Of a stretch of 64,000 nucleotides of DNA, positions 1-13,052 are shown piece after piece. The position numbers and the translations under genes are program-made. The first letter of the stretch is position 1. Each line of letters opens with the position of its first letter. The notes beneath the pieces are model-generated. The model did no database searches. It had not been told where the DNA came from and was given only the letters and a program-made list of their open reading frames with translations. Origin of the DNA: Trichinella spiralis (lineage: Eukaryota); contig NW_003526944.1 of the NCBI RefSeq assembly GCF_000181795.1, positions 2,941,584-3,005,583 on the forward strand, given 5' to 3'.

Positions 1-439
1 GAGAACAGTAAAAAAATTTATTTCCATTTTAGCTTGTTCTGAAGCACCTTCCAACGAATTAATAAAAACAGCAAGAAAAAGACGGAAAAATGGATTGCCT
101 AAACAAGTAAAAGAATGCGCAAAACAGTGCAGTTTGATTGAATCCCATTCTAAAATGTTTAAAATATTACATTCGCTGAAAATCACGCATGCTAGTTCCG
201 TTTCGACGAAGTTGCAGATGGACAACTTTCCCATGCATTAAGTTAGGGGCAACACGATGAATTTCGAGGCCGTTTTTTCAAAACTACCTCACAGTTTCCG
301 TTGAAATTTTTTATAACACGATTATTTATCATTTTGAACATCCACTATTCAAATAAGTGAAAAATTCGACGAAATACTTTTGGCCATTTTTCGCAAAACG
401 GCGAAGTCGAAAAAATTAGAAATTAGTGACAATAAAAGG

Positions 440-1030
440 AAAAGAAATAAAACATACAGAAGAAATAAGTATGCGAGAAAATTATTTTCTGAAGATTTAT
501 CGCAAATTTTTAAAGAATCGAGCGGAGAAATGCTGTTCCACATACAGAATTTGTTCTTGCCTAATTTTTTTATTTCTACAGTATTCCTAAAACTTAAAAT
601 TTTGTTAACATATACTCTTAAATTAATTGCGCATTTAGAATAAGATTCAGGCAAAATGGAGTGATGGGAATGCAAATTTCATGCAATGTTGCGTTTATTC
701 CTTTCATAAATGTCAATCTGGAAAACCATTTGTTTTTCAGATTTCATAAAAACTCTTCAATTGCATATTATTCAAAATGTATGTACGTTTATCTAATGCA
801 ATGGAAGTAGGAGAAATGAAACATAAAATATAAATAAATAAGCAAAAACAAGATTTTGTGAAGATTTATCGGAGCTGTTTAAAGAATTGAGCGAAGAAAA
901 GTATCTGCTTCAAATTGAATTTGTTCCTGCCTTTTCTTTATTGCCTACAGCATCCTTAAAATTTCAAAATTTTAAAATGCAATTTCTTTGCTCGATTTAC
1001 TTCTCCAATAAGATTTGGACAAAATAATGA
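440..1030. repeat. Diverged tandem duplication, two copies, period ~370 bp
   Basis: Collinear matches: gaagatttatcg at ~491 and ~860, followed in both copies by ttaaagaat.gagcg.agaaa, gaatttgttc.tgcct, ctacag.at.c.taaaa and aataagatt...caaaat. Boundaries are approximate. Confidence 0.7.
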
Positions 1031-2462
1031 GAGAAGAATACGATTCTGGCGCAATATTAACTTTATCTTTTCTATCTTATCTTATACCATACATGGAGAC
1101 ATTCAGTTGTGATCAATTGTTAGTTTATTTACTTTTACTGCATTTCCAATTAGAGTTTTCGCAAACTAGTGCATTTTCAGTTAATTTACATAAGCGGAAT
1201 TCAAGGAGTGTTGGGAAGCGAAAATACACTCATAGAACCATAATTTTAATAGCATTGGAAAGTCAATTGAATAATAAAGATGATGAACAGCATAGTAATG
1301 CGTAAAATGACAGTTTATTAACAAATAAAAGATATGCAAAGCATACGATAGGACAATGTAAAAATAAAATAACGTTGAAAATTGATATCAGTGGTGGATT
1401 ACAAAGACATAAATTAATATCAAGTTAGTATGTCGAATGTTCTATGTCCATTTCCTGTCGATTTGAAACAACTTCCATCAAAAATTATCAAAACGACCTA
1501 AAAATGAAGGAAACTTCGATCGCTGAAACGCAAAAAGTACCGTTTGAGATATGAAATGCTGAATGATATTTTCATTGAAATACCAAAGGGGTTCCATTTC
1601 AGGAAACTCAGGCATTCTGGTTGTGTTTAAAGAAAGTTTCAAATTGACGAACTCACTGTGTATTAATAAAAGCAATGTGCCAACTTTAGAAGCCATTTAT
1701 TCCACATGTTTGCGGTTGCTTTCAATGAAGCGTCACAAAATAATTTAACGTTTTTTACGTCTTAATGCATAACAATGTTTTTTAAGTAAGTGCCTACGTA
1801 GCGCAACGACGTGTGAATTAGTATGGATAGTCGATTATATGTAAAAATTAAAACATATCCACGCAGTGAAACTGATCTGAAGGTTAGTCAGCGAAACTAT
1901 TGTTACCTGCAAAAAACGTTAGTACAATTCTAAAAATAACTTACCCTTCAACTATTGATGACATTAAAGAGGCGACTTCATCGCGCTTCTTCATCGATGT
2001 TCTCCACACAAATTAGTATGACGACGGTAAATAAATTTGAACAAAACCTTCAATAGACTATAATTAATAATATGTCATATAATTTAGCGATCGATAAATT
2101 ACAGTTCAAATTTAGTAATATTATGAGGTGAAGATCTCTTCATTAAAGCTTAACGAATTAACAGGCTAACGGAAAGGAATAAGATTACTAAGTTGCCACA
2201 GCGCTCTCCTCTACCTACAGTTGAATTTTAAGAAAGCAAATTAATTAAGGTAAAAAAGTGAAGTGATAAAGAAAATACAGCAATTCAGATTGCTATTCTT
2301 CTTTGGTCATCCCAGAGCAATCCCCATTTTACGCCCGCCTCAAACAGTACGCCATCAACTTTCACATCTGAATTCACGCTAGCAAACACATTACGATTGT
2401 ACACAAATTTGCATGGAGCACCTATTCAGCAAATACTACTTCTATGATTCACTCCTTTAAAT

Positions 2463-2531
2463 CAGAGTTTCTCAACCCGGTGGACGCGCCTCCCTAGACG
2501 GGCGTAAGAGAGTACCAGGGGGAGCGTGAGA
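2463..2531 (+). mobile_element. Possible isolated left end of a hAT (Charlie/Buster-like) DNA transposon
   Basis: cagagtttctcaacc resembles the CAG(T/G)G(G/T)TTCTCAAC terminal motif of Charlie/Buster-type hATs. It is followed by a GC-rich subterminal segment (gacgcgcctccc...ccaggggggagcgtgag) in otherwise AT-rich DNA. I saw no matching right end. Confidence 0.35.
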
Positions 2532-2699
2532 AGTGAGATATTTTTGTTCTGCATAGTTGTTCGAAATTCAGTTTGGTTTTCAGGGGACTAAATTCTTACC
2601 GTCCTTTATTTACGGCAATCTTACGTTTAGCTTAACAATACCATGTGGACATACAATATCACCATAACCATACAAACAATACAAGGTACGTCCTACCAA

Positions 2700-4995
2700 G
2701 CATTAAACGTCCAAATATTAAACGACAATTCATAGCAAATCAGTGCGCCTTCAACGCTTTGCCCAGGCTCGTGCTAGCCGCGTTAATCAAGCGAACAAGC
2801 GCTCCGCTATCGATAACGCAACCATGCCTCATTAATTAATACGTGCAATGAATATAAAGGCCCGCGCAACGCTAAAGAATATCAAAACACGAATTTCAAC
2901 GACCAAGACGATTGTAGGGTTATTATATAAAATACCCTCCAGAGCAACATAAAAAGTGAGAATTTCGAAATCAGAATTATTTATCGAACATATTTAATGA
3001 TGCACAAGACTATTACGTCAAGGCACTAATTTTTTGAATAAAAAGACGAAAACTGAAAAAATTAACATCTAGCACTTCAATGATATGCAGCACAAATCAT
3101 TTATTGGGAAATTATTGAAATGCCCTTTTCATTTCATGAATAGAACAGATTGTAGTTGCAAGAGAATCTATGCCTCTCAACAGCTTCATCTTATGTGTGC
3201 TTCTGAATATTCACCACAACACGCTCAAAACATTAAGCGTACAATTCATAGCACTGCAGTGCGCTTTCAACGCCTTGCCCAGGCCCGTGCTAGCCACGTT
3301 AATCAAGCGAACAAGCGCTCCGCTATTCATAACGCAACCATGCCACGTTAATTAACACGTGCAATGCCATATAAAGCCCCGCGCAACGCTAAAGCATTGC
3401 AAAATCCGGCATTCAACCACCAAGACGATTGTAGGGTTATTATGTAAAAAACCCTCCGCAGAAACATAATAAACAAGAATTTCGAAATCAGAATTATTTA
3501 TAAAACTTATTTGATGATGTACAAGACTATTACGTCAAGGTAGTAATTTTTTGAATAAAAAAACGAAAACTGAAAAAATTAACATCTAGCACTTCAAAGA
3601 TATGCAGCACAAATTATTTATTGGGAAATGATTGAAATGCCCTTTTCATTTCATGAATAGAACAGATTGTAGTTGCAAGAGAATCTATGCCTCTCAACTG
3701 CTTCATCTTAGGTGTGCTTCTCAATATTCACCACAACACGCTCAAAACATTAAGCGTACAATTCATAGCACTGCAGTGCGCTTTCAACGCCTTGCCCAGG
3801 CCCGTGCTAGCCACGTTAATCAAGCGAACAAGCGCTCCACTATTCATAACGCAACCACGCCACGTTAATTAACACGTGCAATGCCATATAAAGCCCCGCG
3901 CAACGCTAAAGCATTGCAAAATCCGGCATTCAACCACCAAGACGATTGTAGGGTTATTATGTAAAAAACCCTCCGCAGAAACATAATAAACAAGAATTTC
4001 GAAATCAGAATTATTTATAAAACTTATTTGATGATGTACAAGACTATTACGTAAAGGCAGTAATTTTTTGAATAAAAAAACGAAAGCTGAAAAAATTAAC
4101 ATCTAGCACTTCAAAGATATGCAGCACAAATTATTTATTGGGAAATGATTGAAATGCCCTTTTCATTTCATGAATAGAACAGATTGTAGTTGCAAGAGAA
4201 TCTATGCCTCTCAACTGCTTCATCTTAGGTGTGCTTCTCAATATTCACCACAACACGCTCAAAACATTAAGCGTACAATTCATAGGACTGCAGTGCGCTT
4301 TAAACGCTTTGCCAAGGCCCGTGCTGGCCACGTTAATCAAGCGAACAAGCGCTCAGCTATTCATAACGCAACCACGTTACGTTAATTAATAAGTGCAATG
4401 CCATATAAAGCCCCGCGCAACGCTAAAGCATAGCAAACCCCGGCATTGAACAACCAAGACGATTGTAGGGCTATTATATAAATAACCCTGCAGAGCAACA
4501 TAAAAAGTGAGAATTTCGAAATCAGAATTATTTATTGAACTTATTTGATGATATGCAAGACAATTACGACACGCCAGTAATTTTTTGAATAGAAAAATGG
4601 AGAACTGTAAAAGTGGCATGTAGCTCTATGAAGATATGCAGCGCAAATCATTTATGAGCAAATTACTGAGATGCAGTTTTCATTTCATGTATTGAACTAT
4701 TAGTAATTACAAGAAAACCAATGACTCATATCAGCTTCATCTTGTGTGTGTTTTTGTGAATATTCACCACAACCCGCTCCAAACATTGAACGTGCAATTC
4801 TTAGCAAAGCAGTGCGACTTGAACGCTTTGCTCAGGCCCGTGCTAGCCACGTTAATCAAGCGAACAAGCGCTTCTCTATTGATAACGCAACCATGCCACG
4901 TTAATTAATATGTGCAATGAAATATAATGCCCCGCGCAACGCTGAAACACAGCAAAGCACAGTATGCTACGTTCGAGACGATTGTAGCGTTATTA
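2700..4995. repeat. Tandem array (satellite) of a ~517-bp unit, about 4.5 copies
   Basis: The anchor cattaagcgtacaattcata recurs at 3231, 3748 and 4265 (period 517), with diverged versions at ~2716 and ~4784. The central copies are nearly identical and the edge copies are more diverged. Confidence 0.95.
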
Positions 4996-5271
4996 AAGAA
5001 GAAATCGGCCAGAATATTATAAAAATAAGAATGCTAAAAACGGCATCGTTTCAATGTATATGTAATTTGGAGATAAAGGATTATTTATATATAAAATGGA
5101 TAAATACTTCAATTACAGAAATGATATGATTGCCTTTGAAGATATAGTTTCCCATATAATTGCTAATGTAAAAAATTAAATAATTAAAAAACGTTAAACG
5201 TGTAATTAACTGCAAATACAAATTGTGGAGTTGATGCGTGTAATGGAAAACCTATAATGGTTATTTACGAG

Positions 5272-5401
5272 TACGAAACACCTGAAATATTTTTGCGCAG
5301 TTGTATCTAGTGCGTAATTGTTTGAAAATGCTTGCATACGAAACACCTGAAATATTTTTGCGCAGTTGTATCTAGTGCGTAATTGTTTGAAAATGCTTGC
5401 A
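5272..5401. repeat. Perfect 65-bp tandem duplication
   Basis: tacgaaacacctgaaat...gaaaatgcttgca occurs at 5272-5336 and 5337-5401. Confidence 0.95.
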
Positions 5402-6680
5402 CTGTTCAATTTAACAACAGATAAACAGCTCTTTTTAACAACCTGCATATTGTTGAACAACTTCTTTACAAAATTACGACAACCTTATGCTTCTATAACC
5501 GCGTACTGGCAGGTGATAATGAAGACCTCACATTCGGTATGATTGGCCAGAGTTTAGGCTATTTTATGTTGAAAAATCTATAGGTAAGTTACAATGATAA
5601 AATGTAGATTCTAAATGTATTGAAACAACAACAACAACGCATCACTGAACAACAATAACATTTTGTAACCTAAAATATGAAATCAAATTTTCAGCTGATT
5701 GTAGCAAGCACATTGTGCTTTGCAAATTGTTACTTTTTCAACTGATCACTGAATGCAGTGATTGATTTTTCAGTTGGATCATTTTTGATCTCTTTAATGA
5801 AATGTTTTTACTTTTCATAAATATTGAAAAGATTTTTCATTTAAATTTTCAAATTATGCAAAATGTGAAACAATCACCTGGATTCTTTTTGTTTTGATAA
5901 TCTTCCAGACATATTGATGAAATTAAATTTTAACACTTAGAGGAAGAAAAAAAATTGTATTCAATTTTAACTTTCAAGCATTAAACCAAAATGAGAAGAA
6001 GAAAAAGAAAACATAGCTTCTAAGAGAAACTGGACATTACGTGGCAATGAGGCTAGTAGGCCAGAAAGGTTAGACAGATGAGCTGACCTAAGAGCGATTG
6101 CTGACAGACTGCTGAATGCTCTGCTGCTTATTGGCATATGCATTTGAACATTTCTCGGACCCGGCCATGTTTGGGGTAATATTTTCAGGCGAACTCATTA
6201 TTCGGTTTCGTGTCACCAGCCAGCTGTAGCCAAACTGGCCGTGTTAGTTCGACGTGGTATACTAGCTTCGTCCTGGTATCCCACTGACCTTGTTAAGCGA
6301 CCCGCTGAATACAATGCCATTGCAGCCGGTTGTGCTGCTACAAGAAATACACTACTACACTTTTGCACCTCACGGCTTCACTAACCGCATACTTATGTCC
6401 AGCTATGTGCGCATCTCTGATTGAACTGTTTCAAACACTTGAACTAATTCACCAAATTCAGCATAATTTTGCTCAAAAAGGAGTATTATTTATTTTTGGT
6501 GAAAACGTTTTCCATTTCCACGCACAGGGATCATATCCACTGAATATTTGCTGTTTGCTGAGGAAGCGTCGTTGGTAACCTTTCGCAAAAACATCGCCCT
6601 CTTTCGACGTATTTCAAGGTTACCGGCTTACCTTTTAATGTAGTTCACCCACTTTCAATGCACCTTTCAACTGGACCTGT

Positions 6681-6688
6681 TATATAAG
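6681..6688 (+). promoter_or_regulatory. Putative TATA box of the HR4-like gene
   Basis: tatataag lies ~90 bp upstream of the ATG at 6770, inside a relatively GC-enriched upstream region. Confidence 0.4.
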
Positions 6689-6769
6689 AGTTCAGTTGCA
6701 ACAGGCAGGTCCACTCACTCCTATTATACGGCTAGTTCGCAATCGACGGTACATGACATCTGCAGCCGA

Positions 6770-8677
6770 ATGACGAGCTGGTCTTGCTTCCAGGCAGGCT
6801 TGACCAGCGATGAGGATCAGCCACGGACTTCACCTTACGACAGACCGTCTGTAATATCCACAGCAGCGGCACCTGTGGCATGGGAACGAGCCATGGCTGG
6901 ACAGCAAATAACAGCTGAAAATCGATCCCAAGCTGAATTTTTTCAATTCATGTATTATTATCAAATTGCCATGTTCCATCTCCAACTTGCACAGCTGAAA
7001 GCCAACGAATTCGCCGAATCAGGAACATTTTACCAAACACTGACGGCGTTGGCAAACAACCAGGGAAGCACCGCTAGGAATGATAAGACAAAAAAAGTAC
7101 CATCTGAACAAATTGGTCGTACGTCTTTTGAAACATTATTGCCTGATTCGTCCACATTCTTAACTTTTCGTTCAAAAGAAAAACCCTCTGACCACAACAG
7201 TGAACGCCCTGTACCGTCAACCACATGTTCAGAGTTAGATCCAAACCTGAGACGTTTGCAAGAAAAATGTGAATGGTTGAAACACTACTGGAGCCGACCA
7301 CGGCCCCAATCCGAAGTCGACCAGTCGTCTGCTGTGCAAAGTGGACATCTGTCAGACCAATTGTTCAGTTCGTGCATGGATGATCCAATGATGTGCACAA
7401 TATGCGGCGACAAATCATCTGGTCTACACTACGGCATCTACACTTGCGAAGGGTATGTTAATTTCTATTTTGCTATCACATTCGTGCACGCCGCCTTTTT
7501 TTTAATCTCTATCCTCACATGATTTGCTTCAACAATTACAAGTAATTTCTCCACATCTGCTTTGTTACTTTCAATATTTAACCGCAATTTCATATTAAGA
7601 AATATTTATTAGCACTTTAAATTTTTGATAAAGATATTCTGCTCCAGCTTAAATTTCTTCACTTTTGCAGTTGCAAAACAAACTGTTTAATACAAAAAAA
7701 ATAATGAAGACAAAAATTGGCGAAAAAGATGATTTTCAAAGTATTATTTCATTTTGTCCAAGAAAAATATTTTAGTTTAACCACAGTTTTTACGCAATTT
7801 CTACTTTTAAGAATCTGAACATTTTATAACTGAATTTTGGATATTTCAATTGTTCGTCTCTTCTGTACATGGCCCATTCTGTTCATATTTTTGTAAGCTT
7901 TTTTCATCATTCATCCATGTAAAATTGCATTCATTAAATTTTCCAGACAAAAATATCATTAGCACAATACAATTGTTAGCTTCATGTTAAATATAATATG
8001 ATATGATATGATTAATTGAACATGCGATATAAAGAACAACAGCATAATGTAAAAGCGTTGCATTGCATGATTTGGAAATATTTTTTAACAAATGTCAGCA
8101 GCAAACAAAACAGGGCAATGCAGACTATTTCAAGGCAAAGTCAACATTATTTGTCATTTTGACGAAGCTGACCCATAAAACTAAAAAAATACTACTTTCG
8201 ACCTTAGCGCCAAAATCTTATTGCATATTAGTGGTTATTTTTATTTCATCCAAAATAGCATCTTAAACTCAACATTAAATACACGAATTTTTTTTATTTC
8301 ACCATCAGTTTTTATAATATATGTAAATGAGCTTCTGAAACGTTTGATCATTAAGCATTACAATCGATCATGACAGTTTTATACTTTAAAAAAATAAATT
8401 ATGCATATCTTGACAGGAAAAATTAAATTTTCATTTACTTATTTATTTATAATGAAATATTTCACATTTCCCGAGCTGAAAATTGATTATGCATTTGTAT
8501 GCTGCATTTATTTACCTATATTTGACGTTTGTTTCCTATTTATGACAAAAGTAGTTTTTGAAAATCGAATGAAACTATAAAAATAGACTAGGAAATAGCA
8601 AATAGGACAACAAAAAAATGCAATAATACATAAATAAGTAAAAATCATGTAAAATGGAATGACATAATAATAGTAGC

Positions 8678-8738
<61 letters not shown>

Positions 8739-11162
8739 CCACTACCATACATAGATGTTTCGAAGTCACACTGATGATCATAAATAATTAACTGTCTATT
8801 TCGATGACAATGTAAATTTTCGATGAAATTTTTAAATAACAAAATATAAGGGAAATGACGTTTTCCAATTTCGCTTGACATAAATCACAGATTTAAATAA
8901 ACTTTTTCAAATGTCCATTTTCTATTTAACCATTTGCTTATTCTCGATTCAATTGTCCAATCATCGTTATAGTCAAAAAAATTTACCTTCACCTCTGTTT
9001 TATCATTTAAATATATCTCTTCAAACAACTGCTTCGACAATAGGACCGAAAATTATTTAACGTATGCCTAGGGAAAGTTCGCACAAAATTTATAACCCTT
9101 TTTAATACATTGAAATATTTATTATGTGCACGCGCATGTTTGTAGCAAAAAATATAACATTCGTATGCTTCTTCACCAGATAGATCGTTTCTATTCATAC
9201 GTAAGGCAGTGATTCCTGCTTGCATCAGTGATTAGAAAAATTTAAATATTGTTCTTGTCAAATTCTCTTCAAAAGTACACTGCAAGCAACAATAACGGCA
9301 ATAATATTTTTTATAAAATATTTCAATTTCAAAATATTTCGCATTCATATTTTGGAAAGACAACCCTGACCTTGAGTGCAGAAGGCTAAGAACTAGCTTT
9401 GACAAGAACGACCTTCGCAATGTTGGTATTTTTCATCAATCCAACGTTGTTTTCTTGCCCAATTTTATTTATATCTTTTAAAATTGTTTTCCAATTTTTC
9501 ATACAATATTAGACAATACTTTATTTTCAAATTATCAATTGTCAGATGATGACAGGCTTTCGACATTATAAAATATTGAAGAATATTTCCGACAAAATTT
9601 GCACAATATCCAATCCAGGGAATAGAAATAAGGCATGCATGCGCGAGCGGAACACTAACGATCAGGTTTTCAGAAATATGATTATGGTTTCTTTTTATGC
9701 AAGCAATTTTTAGGTGCAAAGGTTTCTTCAAACGAACCGTGCAAAACAAGCGCATTTATCACTGCGTCCTAGGCGACGGATGCTGCAGTATTACCAAAGA
9801 GCAACGAAACAGGTGCCAGTATTGCAGATTTCAAAAATGCCTCAGACAAGGCATGATTCTGGAAGGTAATGGATAAATTGAACAACAAATTTAAGCAAAA
9901 ACTATCTAAAAGCATCATTACAGCGGTTCGAGAAGATCGCATGCCAGGAGGAAGAAACGGCAGTACAATTTACAACTTATACAAGGTATTGATTGCACAG
10001 ACTGTTTTTTTCATCGTACACTTGAAAACAAAATTTAAAAAAAAAACAAAATAATAATAACTCCAAAATTGCCATTTATGAGCAGAGATAGATATTTAGC
10101 AGCTGAAACAATTTTCAGATGACGTACAGGCGCAGTCGCAAGCGTAAAACTGTATTATTCTCGAACAAAGAACAATCTGAAACCGACGACACATCGCCAT
10201 CAGCATCCACACTGCCGGACTCATCGAGCAGTGTTGACAACAATCAAATGAGCAAACCATCAGAAAGCAACAACAATTTGCTTGAACAGCTGGTGGAAAG
10301 AGATCAGCTGGAAGCTTTGATCAGTTTGGATGATCTGATGCTGAGCGACTGTGACGACGCATCGAAACGACTGACACGGATTGGTGAAGAGATCGTGCAA
10401 AAGTTAGTTCAATGGACGCGCAATTTGCCCTTTTACAACGATTTACCAGCAGAAATATATACTAATTTGTTAGAACAGAACTGGCCACAAATTGTTCTCC
10501 TTAGCACTACCTTCTACCTCTGCCAGCGCTCTGTTTCTGAAACAGCCGGTCAATTCAGCTGGTCATTTAATGATTACGAGCACAATTTGCGTACACTAAC
10601 CAAACGTATCTCGCGCACTCTGGGTCGAGACGTGCCACAACAGCTCGTGGACAACGAAGCCGGAGTGCTTGTAAAAGAATTTACTGATCTAGTGCATTCT
10701 TTCAGAATTCTGAATCTCAATCGTTACGCATATGTTTGCTTGAAAGTAATCACACTGTTTCAAGGTAAATTAGCAATTCATTTTTCTACTAATCGTTAGT
10801 TTGCTTTTCAACAAAACTTCTCTACCCCAGGTCAAAATACCGCAGATCCGCATGTAAATTACATTCAAGATCATCTGATCAAGCTGTTGCACATTCACCT
10901 CAGTCAACAAGAATCACAGTCTAGTCTTGGTCAGGTGCTCACTTGGCTACCACGTCTACAAAGCGTTTCTAGCATTCTGCTACAGTGTCGAATGCTGTAC
11001 GTACCGTTCATGCTCAGTCAAGCAGAACCCGCGGGCGATTGTAAAAAGTTGGATGAGCAATCCAATTTAAATGAAAATGAAAAAATCGACGACATCCGGA
11101 CAACCTCTACTAGAAGTGAATCACCTACCGGTTTTGTACATTCAAACAATGCAGAAGAATAA
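6770..11162 (+). CDS. HR4: Nuclear hormone receptor, HR4/GCNF (NR6A) type (nhr-91-like); exons 6770-7452, 9714-9865, 9924-9985, 10119-10764, 10831-11162
   Basis: The spliced DBD reads [37 protein letters not shown]...[19 protein letters not shown]...[21 protein letters not shown]. The LBD has [15 protein letters not shown] and a C-terminal [13 protein letters not shown], resembling insect HR4. All introns are GT-AG and in phase. Confidence 0.92.
8678..8737. repeat. (AAT)20 microsatellite in intron 1 of the HR4-like gene
   Basis: Read directly. It explains the poly-L and poly-I spurious ORFs here. Confidence 0.97.
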
Positions 11163-12401
11163 TGCTTACTTTTGCTTCTTTCTTATCAAAATTTACATGT
11201 ACATCAATTCATTTTACAATTGTTCTGTTCAAAGATCAAAGTTCACCATGTTTCAATGTCAATTTTTACCGTCATTTTTAAAATCATACCATAGCATACA
11301 TTTTGTAAAATAAAGTATTAATTTTGAGTCAGCATTTTAGAGCAGTTCAATTGTGAATTTAACTTGACTTGACTTGACTTGAAAACATTTTGCACCACTT
11401 AGGCTTATCCAAAGCGCGGTTTTTTTCTAATTTTACCCACTACATATGCACAATAGAATTCGATTAGCATCTGCTTTACACAATGATGTGTTCAGCAGAT
11501 TCAATTGCAACATCATCAATATGCAAAAATAAAAAAATGAAAATCGCCTTTTTTATACAGCAAAAGTTTGAAACTAAAAGTGCGCTGTATTTTGTTAACA
11601 AATAATTGTGTAAATTAATCATATTCAATTGCTAACTGTTTCTACATTTCGCTGCGAGTTAAATTAATATTCCACACTCACACTAATTCATCAGTGAAAA
11701 CCCACGCTCTGAAATTTCCCATTCAAATACATTGTGATAACTGAAATTTGTTTACTTTGCAATGATTTGCATTTCCGTTTGAAAAAAAAAGCAAGTACAA
11801 TTCCTCTAATTAACATTTCAAAGTAATTTCTAATTAGGGCATAAATACTAATTTAGTTCTTTTAATATCATACTAATTTTAATTACTTTAAGAAATGCAG
11901 TTAAAAGAAATGTCAGTAAGTGCTGTCATGCTGAAGCAAGTCTATGTATAAATTTAGTTTATATATGAAGCATTTCTAAGAAGTTGTCGTTTCGAAATTG
12001 CAAAACTGAAAAACCAATGTTGCAAACTTCAACCATTTCATAATTGTTCCTGATTGTCATTTCCAACAATAATTGATCAACAGAATAATTTCAAACAAGT
12101 TGAAGATGTACCATTGAATATTTGAAAAAGTGAAAAGTGCAATTACGCAATTATGCATTGTACTACTAATTAGATGAAGTTTAATTTGCTTTGTATACTA
12201 TATGCTCAATGTAGGGTTGTTTTTAATCAAATCAAGTCACCTCAATTTGTATGTTTCACCAGATCCTATTAGAGTTATAGAACAGTTTAAACAGAGAAAG
12301 AAGCTGAGAAATCTTGCGAAAGAAGAGAAAAAAAATTTACTAAAAAATAGCAAGCAACGAGATGCAATTGAACAATTATTGAAAACTGTACTTCACACTT
12401 T

Positions 12402-13052
12402 TCAGTGCAACTTTTCCAAGCCCATAAATTTCATCAATTTCGCAAAGTCTACGCTTTCATTTTCCACCAGACGCTCACCGGTTCTCCAGTTCATCAACGT
12501 GGGTACGCGTCGCAGCTTTACCACCTCATCTTTGCGGAAACAATTGCTTTCATCTTGGAATTGTTCCAACGTACCCACCTCAACATAAATGAGCAGCGTC
12601 TCTTCAGGTAAATAATAAGCAAGCTGTTTCACGTAATGCTCCAATGCTGTGCACATTGGACACCAACTGTATCCCCACTGATTTCGCGTACCGCAAAAGA
12701 TCACGTAAATGTTATAAGACGAATGAACCTGGCTTGCTAATTGCCTCAACGACCGGCAAGTGCTGACGTACCGTAATTCTGGATTAATTCGATTCCGCTG
12801 TCGGACAGTAACAGATTCTGGAGTTGATGGGGCTTTCGTAGCGTATTTACCTACACAATGGTATTCACTACTATACGTTACAACAACGACAACAAAAAGC
12901 AACTATTGAAGAAAAACAGTACTATCCTGCTCCAGCAGTAAAATTGTGAGCTGACAAATAGTTGTTAGCTTACTTTGTATAGATGGGTTGCAGTAATAAA
13001 GAGAAACAAACGACACTAGACAGAGAAAGAGGATGCAGCAGGTAGATTTCAT
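12402..13052 (-). CDS. Thioredoxin-related protein, TXNDC17/TRP14 (DUF953) family, with N-terminal signal peptide; exons 13052-12974, 12850-12402; 175 aa
   Basis: Exon 2 has IYVIFCGTRNQWGYSWCPMC...IYVEVG...FRKDEVVKLRRVPTLMNWRTGERLVENE, typical of TRP14. Exon 1 (MKSTCCILFLCLVSFVSLYYCNPSIQ) joins in phase 1 through gtaagc...tgtgtag. Confidence 0.85.

Noticed and set aside
1015..1748. Short ORFs and exon-like pieces at the left end
   Set aside because: I could not assemble an in-phase gene or recognise a family.
2700..4995. Array as a 5S rRNA, spliced-leader or CRISPR array
   Set aside because: No recognisable 5S or SL/Sm-site sequence. Whole units repeat with no unique spacers, and the context is eukaryotic.
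2645..5129. Repeated 61-88 aa ORFs in the 517-bp array
   Set aside because: They are by-products of the tandem repeat: no domain, and the frames break in the diverged copies.
8575..8881. Poly-Leu and poly-Ile ORFs
   Set aside because: Translations of the (AAT)20 microsatellite.
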